A stretch of 20,000 nt of DNA from Microthyrium microscopicum. Taxonomy: Eukaryota. Below the pieces are notes generated by a model. It made no database searches. It had not been told where the DNA came from and saw only the letters and a list, made by a program, of their open reading frames with translations. The stretch covers positions 965,140-985,139 of the forward strand of contig MU004241.1 in the NCBI GenBank assembly GCA_010405405.1, given 5' to 3'. A program made the translations under genes and the position numbers. Shown here in pieces: positions 11,130 to 20,000 of this stretch (positions within the stretch are counted from its first letter, which is position 1; every line of letters begins with the position of its first letter).

Positions 11130-11711
11130 GGTCAGGACGAAAAGTCTATAAGTTGCTTCTCTTTTCCTACCTCAAGGGCCATATTTAAGTATAATGTCAC
11201 TGTGGTTGACTTCAGTACCATGGTTTCTGCGTACCATAGATCTTTGATGATGCCTTGGCCCAGCACATCCATCTAGCTGACCTCCAGCAACACCTCAATT
11301 TCTATCTTGAAAATTTCCCAAGTTATCAACAAAGACTATGTTCTGGAATTAACTACGCGTAAGACTAAGGTGCATTTCACCGCGTGGCTCAAGTACGAGC
11401 GACTAAGCATGGCATTTGCTTATGAAATTATGATAGAGCTTCAGCCAATTTTCTTCATTCATTTGCCTTTTCCATAACGAGCTAAATACAAGAATTTAAT
11501 CACAACATTTGAGTGTACATAGCAATACACAAGTAAATCGTCCAGATATGAAAATGCCCCCTTTTTCTTTGTTTACTTCATTAGTGAAAAGACCGGTGCT
11601 TGATTTTTCACCCGGTACGAGTGGCCATGACAAGAAATTTTGGTCCGGGAGGCACCCTACAGCCGTGACACCAGCGCAGATATAATATATACGTTTAATG
11701 TCAAGAAGCGA

Positions 11712-12512
11712 TTAGATCCAAGCAGCCCCAGCTAAGCGTTGCTTGAGCTCCTCCTCGTCTATTCGACAACCCTCACATTTGATGTTCTGCTCACTTCGCG
11801 GCATACGAATGAAGCAGTTTCCGCACAGCTTCCATCCTGGTGGATTGTTGCGCCATTTCTTGTAACTGGGATCTGCAAGCTCCGCAGAACGAGAGGTGCG
11901 TCTCTTCCGCTTCAGTTTCCTACGTACTCTACCAACAATGCCTTTGACAATATCTTTTGCTTTGCGAGCGAATCCTCTGGTAGGTGGTGCAATGCCCATG
12001 GACTCGAAAGTGACATAGGGGTTGCGAACACTTACTCGTCGTGCCCTAGCCTGACTTAGGTGTGTGCGATTTTTGACTTCGGGGGTCAGCTGGGCATCTA
12101 GGAGAGCCTGTTCGTCTGCGAAGATCACGACCTCAGCAGAGGCCTCATCGTTTGGAGAAGCTGGTGGGTATGGTGGTGGTGATGGCAGTTCAAGTATCCC
12201 AGGTGAATGGGGCACTGCGCCGGTGTCTAGAGTAGGCCATACAGTTCTATAGCCAGATTGAGTCGCCCACACACGAGTGTGTCGCTCATCAGTAACGATG
12301 AGATCTCTTGGAGTTGCGACCAAAGCACCTAGAGAGTCCCCTGATGATGCAGAGCTGAAGCTTTCTGGTGAAACAGAACGTGAGCTTCGTGCAGTGACTA
12401 GAAGAGGAGTGGTTTGTGGATCAGCTACTGTGCTCTTGCTGTTCCACTGTCCCGAGAGTGCTAGTCGAGAACGTCTGGCGCTCTGTTGAGCAGCAGTCAT
12501 ACTTGAAGGCAT
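11712..12512 (-). CDS. Hypothetical 266-aa protein with a basic NLS-like stretch and a C-terminal C4 zinc-ribbon-like motif
   Basis: Intronless ORF with a Ser/Pro-rich N-terminus, RVRRKLKRKRR, and WKLCGNC-x12-CEGCR near the C-terminus. Flanks are AT-richer. Confidence 0.65.
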   Translation of the reverse strand: MPSSMTAAQQSARRSRLALSGQWNSKSTVADPQTTPLLVTARSSRSVSPESFSSASSGDSLGALVATPRDLIVTDERHTRVWATQSGYRTVWPTLDTGAVPHSPGILELPSPPPYPPASPNDEASAEVVIFADEQALLDAQLTPEVKNRTHLSQARARRVSVRNPYVTFESMGIAPPTRGFARKAKDIVKGIVGRVRRKLKRKRRTSRSAELADPSYKKWRNNPPGWKLCGNCFIRMPRSEQNIKCEGCRIDEEELKQRLAGAAWI

Positions 12513-13202
12513 TGCTGATTGACAAGGGGGTTCTCCGAGAATAATGTCTAAAGTGATGAGGTCAATAAGATGCCACGAAGATTACTACTGAGAAGTTGAT
12601 GTAACAATAAAATGCGTTGCGAATTTTTGGAGAACAATGGCTACTGGTTATCATGATTTCCGTTGTATGATCTGGTATACATAACATTTATTTTGAACAT
12701 TTTAATCAGTGATGATCATTTGGCAGAATAGTACGATGATAATGTCTTTGTTGTCCAAGGCAGTGCCTCCTCCTCCATGAACAACGCCAATGTCAACTTG
12801 GGAACAAAGAAATTCCAACACCTCAATTTTGTTGTGCGCCAAAACTTGATCATGCAGCTTTTGCCAACCAGCAAAAGCTGGAGCGTTTTGCAGTGCATGA
12901 AGAACTAGATTTAACTCATATCTAAAAATGGTGCAAGTCATGGGTTAGTTGTATGAAGAACTTGAAGAATTGTTGTTGACAGAGGAGCAAGGCTGAAATT
13001 GGCAAGGCAAGGCTGAAAAGGGGGAAAATGCGACCGAAAGCTTTCCGATTGGCTGAAGTTGTTGTGCACAAGATAGCAAATTCCAGTCAAGCTAGACCAC
13101 GGACTTTTCACCTCAAACACGGTGAAGGTGGAGGAGCAGAGCCTCACCCACCTTCTTTTCCCACTGTTCTACCATTATTATTTTCCTGAGATAGTGATTG
13201 GA

Positions 13203-14964
13203 ATGTCTCGACCTACCACTCCTCTGCAGCAGCAAACAAACGGACTCGACAGTGGGGCGCAAACCCCACGAACGCCACTCAATCACCAGTTCGCGCTCAC
13301 AGAGTACACGGCTCAACCTTCGCCGCCTAATAAGCCGCCGAAGGATTATGGCGTGCCAGAAGCCTTTCTTCTCCCAGGTGGGACGCCAGATGTATGAATT
13401 CTCAAGATTGATCTTATTTTGTTTTCTATGCTGAAGTCGTTCACAGTATCTTCGACTGATCTTGACTTCTAAAGTCTATGAAGTAGTCACCGAAACTCCA
13501 TTGACTCATGCAACAAATTTGAGCAATCGTCTGGAATGCAATGTATTGCTCAAACGGGAAGATCTCCAGCCTGTTTTTAGCTTCAAGCTGAGAGGCGCTT
13601 ACAACAAAATGGCGCATTTGACGCGTGATGAACGATGGAAGGGTGTTGTAGCATGCTCTGCTGGTAACCACGCTCAAGGCGTCGCTTTTTCGGCCAGACA
13701 TCTCAAGATTCCGGCCACCATTGTTATGCCAATGGGCACTCCAGCAATCAAGCACACCAATGTATCAAGATTGGGTGGTCATGTTGTCTTATACGGTGCT
13801 GACTTTGATGCGGCAAAAGATGAGTGTCAAAGGCTGGGCGAATCTCATGGACTAACCCAAATACCGCCTTTTGATGACCCATATGTCATTGCTGGCCAAG
13901 GTACCATTGGCATGGAGATCTTACGACAAACTAATCTCACGGAATTGGATGCTATTTTCTGCTGCGTGGGTGGAGGAGGCTTGATTGCCGGCATTGGATT
14001 ATATGTCAAGCGCATAGCACCTCATGTGAAGATCATTGGTGTTGAGACTTACGACGCTAACGCCATGGTACAATCTCTAAAGGCTGGGAAGCGAGTGGTC
14101 TTGAAAGAAGTCGGCCTTTTCGCCGATGGCGCGGCAGTGAAAACAGTTGGAGCAGAGACATTCCGCATCTGCTCTGAAGTGGTTGATGATGTAATACAAG
14201 TCACCACTGACGAGACTTGTGCCGCTATAAAGGATGTGTTTGAGGACACCAGATCCATACTGGAGCCTGCTGGCGCTCTTGCGCTCGCCGGGTTGAAGAA
14301 GTATGTCTCGATGCATCCAGGTGAACGGCGTGGCAAAGGACTGGTTGCCATTGCATCTGGTGCCAACATGAACTTTGACCGACTTCGTTTCGTCGCTGAA
14401 CGAGCGGCTATTGGTGAGCGGAGAGAAGCACTTCTGAGTGTTACCATACCAGAAAAGCCACGGGCATTTGCAAAACTGGTCGAAACCATTCACCCGCTTC
14501 CAGTCACCGAGTTCTGCTACCGTTTCACAACCCCCGAGTCTGCCAATATCTTGATCGGTATTGAGCTGCCCATAGCCTCGAGAGACGTCGAGCTGGATCG
14601 CTTGATGACTCGCCTTGAAACAGAAGGCATGAAGGCCATGGATCTCTCAAATGACGAATTGACAAAGTCCCATGTGCGATATCTAGTAGGAGGACGAAGT
14701 GGCGGACCAGATGAAAGGCTATTCTCCTTCGAATTCCCAGAACGCGGCGGTGCTCTCTACAAATTCTTGACCACTTTACAACCCGGATTCAACATCTCCC
14801 TATTTCACTACCGAAATTATGGAGGCGACGTCGCCAAAGTACTGGCTGCTATACAGTGTCCCAAAGGAGAGACTGATCAGCTTTCCGACTTTTTGAAGAC
14901 TCTGGGATATCCATACAAAGAGGAGACGAATAACGAAGTGTACAAGCTATTCCTTCGGCAGTAA
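13203..14964 (+). CDS. ILV1: Threonine dehydratase/deaminase, biosynthetic, 568 aa; exons 13203-13391 and 13447-14964
   Basis: PLP-lysine motif [18 protein letters not shown], plus [14 protein letters not shown] and SGANMNF, and two C-terminal regulatory repeats ([21 protein letters not shown]). Intron 13392-13446 (GTATGA...CAG) gives [15 protein letters not shown]. Confidence 0.97.
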
Positions 14965-15595
14965 CTTCAGGGGTTTGGATACGACGCGTCGCCACGAATT
15001 GTTGAATGTTTAATTGCGTAATTCCCCTTTTCTTCGACATAGACCAGCATAGTCTCTCAGGAGCAATAAATTCCACATGGAATGTTGTGGTGACCTTGAA
15101 ACCTCGTATGCTGCTTGATGACAGCAGACTTCAAGCCGCATACCCCACATGTACCATCCCGAATATCAATCAGTGCGCGAAATTATGACATAGTCAATGA
15201 GATGAAGCGATCATGATATATTTTGGCTTTGCATTGAAATAGCTTTCCACCAAATTTTCAGTCAAAATCGTGGTACACTGGTTTGCGAAATGTAGTGCGC
15301 TCTCACCCTCCCCCTACTATGTTACTTTTTACAGAATTCCACCAATCACACGTAAAATTGCCTATAGCTTCAGGAAGTAGAAAAGCGCGCTATTTTTAAC
15401 TATCATAATAAGTATTCTAAATATTAAAGTAGTATACTATAATTAGTATACTAAAATTAGTATTTTAGCTACTATTTAAAAGCTCTTAATTAGCATATGC
15501 TTATTTAGACTTCTCTTAATAGCCCTTTACCTATTTTATATAGAAATTAATTATTCTTATCCTATCCCTTTATTATAGACTCCCTTTAGTTAGAA

Positions 15596-16686
15596 ATAGC
15601 TTATTTTAAAGTAGGATTAATCTTATCTTATTCTAGATAATATCTTATAGATTCTTAACGTCTTAAAGTTATTATAATGCTTTAATTAAGCTAAATAGTC
15701 GCTACTACTACTAAATATACTAATGCTAGTAAAACTACTATTTATTAAATTTATACTTATCTTAATGTAGTTACTAGTAAGTATATTAAACAACCTAAAT
15801 TTATCCTTAGTTATATTTTAGAGATATTTAACGCTATACGTAATTTTATATTAGAAGTCTTAGCCTTAAAAAAAACTTATTATCTTAATAAAATATTAAT
15901 ATTATTATAATATAAGCTTAATATTAATTATAGCAAGTAGGTAATCTATTATAAGCTATTAAGCGTATTAACTAGATAAAGAAGTAAGTAAGTTAACTAT
16001 ATATCTTAGTATTTTAGTAGTAATTCCTCTAATAAATTAACTTCTTCTAGGTTAAAGAGATTACTTAATAGCGCTATAGCCTTTAATAGAATAAATATTT
16101 TAAGTATATATTAATCTATACTATTAAATAGCTAGTTTTTATAGATAAAAGTAATAATAGTAAATTAAATACTTATTATTAAATAAGATAGAGCTCTATA
16201 AGCTCTATTTATAAGTCTTATAAGTAACTAGATTATCTTAAGAAATTAAACCTAATTCTAGCTTATACTATTAATAGCCTTCTTAACTATAATAAATATA
16301 AGGTAAATTTAGATAGACTTAGCTTTAAATAGTAGTTAGATAATAAGCTTCTTCCTCTCTATAAGTACTATCTAGCTCCTTTTAGTATTATTATTATAGA
16401 TAATACCTTTTTTTATTATAATAATAATATTTAAGAGATTTATAACTAATATAGGGTTTATTTAGAATATCTACTACTATACTTTCTAGATCTTAATCTT
16501 ATTAAAGCCTTATTTAGTAATATTAAGTCTTATTTAAAGTAGTATTGTCTAGACTTTAATAGGAGAAGAAACTATAAAGAATAATTCTAGATTTTTAAGA
16601 AGATTTTTAAGTAAGCTATTCTTATATAAGGAATAGATAAAAGATAAGCTAGAAATTATTTTATATATATAGAGTAGCCTAGCTAG
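15596..16686 (+). pseudogene. Tc1/IS630-type (DDE_3) DD34E transposase relic
   Basis: De-RIP'd motifs in one frame: (Q)LVF(V)D(E)S (D at 16144), (P)AYTI(DG) (16258-16278), II(M)DN(AS)F(HH) (D at 16399) and LEYL(PP)Y(SP)DLN(P)I(E) (E at 16504), with 34 residues between the second D and the E. An upstream HTH-like YL(DEM) segment is offset by a frameshift near 15955. Candidate intron 15988-16050 (GTAAGT...CTAG). Confidence 0.9.
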
Positions 16687-17261
16687 ATAGATATATTTTT
16701 TTTAGAATTAAATTTAATTATTTTATTATAAAGATTATATAGTAACGAAGTAGAGTTTTAGTAGTAGTCTATAAGATTAGATACTTTTATAATATCTTAA
16801 GTTATATTATATAAGATTATAGTCTTAGCGTCTATGCTAAGGCCTATTATAGTCTAGTAATTACTTATTATAGTTTAGCTTTTTACGTATTTTACTTAAT
16901 CTTTAATTACTAGAGCAAGATTTTAATAATATCTTAATATTTTATATTAAGATTAGAATATTAATAATAATATACTTAAATTTTATATAAAAAATATTAA
17001 AACTATAAAAGTACAATACTATCTATATATATTAAGTATTTCTCTATAGCTAAGAGGTATACTTTTATTATCTAATCCTCTGCCTACTACTCCTTAATAT
17101 AATTATAAAGTTTAGCTAAAAGGAACTTATTTAAATCTATATTAAAACGCTAAAACTAACTAATATCATCGGTAAAAGTTTGGGTCAGCTGGCAGTCCTG
17201 TAAGGTTCCTGCCAGGACCGTTGGACGTTAGTCTATCTCTAATCTTATCGGATTATACTTT

Positions 17262-17288
17262 ACTGCCAGGACTGCCAGGACTGCCAGG
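17262..17288 (+). repeat. (ACTGCCAGG)3 subterminal tandem repeat of the nested element
   Basis: Three exact 9-bp units. Related TCCTGCCAGGA copies lie at 17207-17217 and 17900-17910, and a RIP variant TCCTACTAGGA at 17919-17929. Confidence 0.85.
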
Positions 17289-17366
17289 ACAGGAGCCATT
17301 TTTTGGTGGGAGAACAGGGATCTTGGCTTGGCAAGGAACATCAAAACTTCATTGTTCTAAGTCCAA

Positions 17367-17386
17367 TAACTAACTAACTAACTAAC
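17367..17386 (+). repeat. (TAAC)5 microsatellite
   Basis: TAACTAACTAACTAACTAAC read directly. Confidence 0.85.
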
Positions 17387-19759
17387 CTTCCCTTATAGAT
17401 TACTAGCTATCTAGCCTAATGCAGATACGGTCCTTTCGCCTATAGGTAAAAATAACGTGTTTAATAGGTATTTTAAAAAAACTAGCCAAATCCGTTAAGG
17501 TTTCATAGAGTTAGCAAGGATAAAAGATATAAAACGCCACTTGAACTTTAGGTTGTTAAGCCACACTTTTTATATCTAGGCTGCAAACGGCAATAGAGCC
17601 TTAATAATCTATAACCTATATATAATAATACTCCTCTTAACGTGCTCTATCTAATGGTGCTATTTATATTATTATAGCTTACCTAATTAGGAAGTTATTA
17701 TAAAAGTCATTTTTAGCAAAATGATAATCGCTGCATCTTAGTGGCTATTAGGGCTAGGGTAAAACAGATTACATAATAATGTAGCCCTAATCTAGGGCTA
17801 CAAAACGGTATATAAAACATAAGCTAATCCTAACTAGGAAGCTAAATAATAATAGATATAGTTTTAGGACTATAATAAGATATCTTTTAGAACTACTCGT
17901 CCTGCCAGGATCCGCTCGTCCTACTAGGATATCTCCTATTTTGCAGCTGACCCAAACTTTTGCCAATGATCTTTCTTTCTAAGATAGAGAGGTTATATAA
18001 AGTAAGTCTATATTACTTTAAATAGCTTTAAAAGCTTAATTATTAGTAGATTACTTACTTCTTTAATACTAAGGCTAGTAATTTTCTTAAACGCCTAAGA
18101 TTTAAACCTACTAATCTTAAGAGACATAGTAGTATTAAGGCATATCTATATATATAGATAATCTAGCTTTACTAGTACTAAGGAAAGATTAGATACTATT
18201 AATAATAATCTAATGTAATTATAAATTACAACTCTAGATCTAGAACTAGAACTAGGATTTAATTAAGTAAGTATTATTTAATAAACTTACTAGTATTAAA
18301 TAATATTATAAATAGCTACTAATAGCCTCTTAATATTAATATTTAGTATCTTATTAGTTTATTCTATAGCCTAAATAGTAAGTAATTCCTTATTTATAGC
18401 GTAATAATTATATATATTATTAATATAGTAAGTATACTTCTTATAGTAAGGATAGGTATTATATTTATAGGCGTACTTTAAGATAAGAAGGCTATACTTC
18501 TTTAGTACTACTCTTTTTAGAATACTATCTTCGTTAGTAGTATTTTATAAGGCGTTTTAATTACTAACTAGGAATCTAGGATTATTTTAGGTTACTTTAA
18601 GGTAATAACTCTATAGTTCTTAAGCTATATTAGATATTAAAGTTCTAGTAATATTATTAGTTCCTATAGTAGCTAGAGATACTTTAAATACTAAAGTAAG
18701 GATAACTTTTAGCTTATAAGACTAATAAATTTACTACTAGCTATTAATTTTAGCATTAAGATTACTAAATTAGTCTTTACTAACAAGAGGATATTTAAGT
18801 AAAGGATAGGCATAATCTAGTATAATCTTCCTTAATAATACTAACTTTAATAAGTAAATTAAAAGTACTAAAGATATAATATAGTAGTAGTAAGAACGCT
18901 ATTTAGTAATAAATTAACGTTCTTACTTTTTAATAACCTTATTATAGGCTTATTAAAGAGTTATAGTATTATAAGTATAAATATAAGAGAATTCTCTATT
19001 TAAAATAATGCTCTTCCTTTATACTTTTATATAGTATTTAATTATAACTTTAAAATTAAGTATAAGAGGAAGATCTTTATTATCTATTATAGCGTTCTTA
19101 GCCTCTAATTAGTTAGTTTTAATATCTTTAGGTATTTAAGATTCTAGTAGCTAAGATTTAATATACTAAGTTTCTAGTTTAATTTAAGTACTTAAAAAAG
19201 ATCTTAAGGAATAAAGAAGTAGTAGAGGGTAGCTAGAAGGAGGTATTAAAGTAACTAAAGAAGATATAGTAGTAGAAAGAATACTATTAGCTTTAGTGAT
19301 AGCAAAGGGAACTAAATTACGTATAGAACGACGTAATAATAAAGAAATAGGCTTTTTAGCCCTCTTCTTCTTCTTAGACTCCTTTATAGGCGCTATAATA
19401 ATAGTAGAGTTAAATTATAATAAAATTTAATAAAGATATGACTTAGAACGTTAAAGTAATAAGGACTAGCTAGATATTATATAATAATAGCAAAAATCTT
19501 ATATATTTTAGTTAAGGTGTCCTTAAAATAGTTAAATTACTATAGTAGAAGATTAGATACTATAGTAGAATACTAGAGATTATATACTTAGTAGACTAGA
19601 AGAAGCTAATTATTATAGTTACTAAAATATAATAAAATACTAATATTTAGTATACTAACGATTAAATTTAGTACTAAAATCCCTAGTTAGTAAATAGTTC
19701 CCTTATATTATAAAAAAATTATTATGCATTGCAAATTAGACTACGTATTATACTAGAAA

Positions 19760-20000
19760 AGTTATATTTAACTTATTATAAAGATATTAGATGCATATAA
19801 GATAACTACGTACTTTATTAGAAATATTTTAAAAGTATTTAAAATATTTTAAACTTATTAAGTATATTATAGTTATTTTAAACTTATTATAAAAATATTA
19901 AATACATATAAGATAATATATACTTTATTAGAAATATTATAAAACTATTTAAAATATTTTAAACTTATTAGGTATATTATAGTTATTTAAAACTTATTAT
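19760..20000 (+). repeat. ~110-bp AT-rich tandem repeat, at least 2.2 copies, continuing past the window
   Basis: Units start with ACTTATTAT at 19771, 19882 and 19992. They share CATATAAGATAA, TACTTTATTAGAAATATT and TATTTAAAATATTTTAAACTTATTA. Confidence 0.85.

Larger units (their letters stand above)
17167..17968. mobile_element. Non-autonomous TIR element (MITE-like, ~802 bp) nested in the RIP'd block
   Basis: 27-bp inverted repeat ATCATCGGTAAAAGTTTGGGTCAGCTG (17165-17191) versus CAGCTGACCCAAACTTTTGCCAATGAT (17944-17970), with two transition mismatches. CTGCCAGGA subterminal repeats occur at both ends. Markedly higher GC than the flanks. Confidence 0.9.
16780..19396 (-). pseudogene. RIP'd long ORF of unknown function (transposon accessory/cargo gene), interrupted by a nested element; 3' end approximate
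   Basis: Begins (M)APIKESKKKKRAKKP...RRS at 19396 and reads coherently in one frame to 17971, resuming at 17166. Stops are TAA/TAG, compatible with RIP of CAA/CAG/CGA/TGG. A Tyr-dense segment at ~18362-18478 is consistent with a former Cys/His cluster. Confidence 0.5.
15443..19658. mobile_element. Putative two-ORF Tc1/IS630-family transposon, heavily RIP'd (boundaries tentative)
   Basis: Inverted repeat TTAGTATACTAAAATTAGTATTTTA (15443-15467) versus TAAAATACTAATATTTAGTATACTAA (19633-19658), 25 matches with one indel. It encloses a + strand DD34E transposase relic and a convergent - strand ORF relic. No clear TA TSD seen. Confidence 0.55.

Noticed and set aside
14049..14493. Antisense ORFs within ILV1 (likewise those over DAHP synthase, HYPK and the GPI gene)
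   Set aside because: Shadow ORFs of well-supported genes on the opposite strand.
6986..14964. DAHP synthase plus ILV1 as a secondary-metabolite cluster
   Set aside because: No backbone enzyme, tailoring enzyme, transporter or cluster regulator is present in the window. Both look like primary-metabolism orthologs.
15330..16773. Alternative Tc1 ends: TA|CAGAATTCCACCAA (15330) versus TTAGTAGTAGTCTA|TA (~16758-16773)
   Set aside because: Only about 12/14 identity even after RIP reversal, with transversion mismatches and no extension. Not accepted, but it remains the main alternative to the two-ORF model.
17196..17290. Short GC-rich repeats superficially like a CRISPR or iteron array
   Set aside because: Eukaryotic context, 9-11-bp units and no regular spacers. 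Explained as transposon subterminal repeats.

Overview
Filamentous ascomycete (Pezizomycotina-type) genomic DNA with short GT-AG introns, in which GC-balanced gene regions alternate with AT-rich blocks carrying a RIP (repeat-induced point mutation) signature. Host genes: a secreted Ser/Thr-rich GPI-anchored protein (+), a class II DAHP synthase (-) divergent from a HYPK-like gene (+) across a promoter with a Gcn4/CPC-1 site, two intronless orphan-like ORFs with C-terminal Cys clusters (-), and threonine dehydratase ILV1 (+). Mobile DNA: (1) a complete 2672-bp RIP-inactivated hAT transposon with an 11-bp TIR, an 8-bp TSD and five in-frame transposase motifs; (2) a ~4.2-kb RIP'd unit in which a Tc1/IS630 DD34E transposase (+) converges on a long second ORF (-), bracketed by a ~25-bp inverted repeat; (3) an ~800-bp, less mutated TIR element nested in that second ORF at an AT dinucleotide; (4) a ~110-bp tandem repeat running off the right edge. 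Protein calls in RIP'd DNA come from manual reading with C>T/G>A reversal, and no database searches were run.
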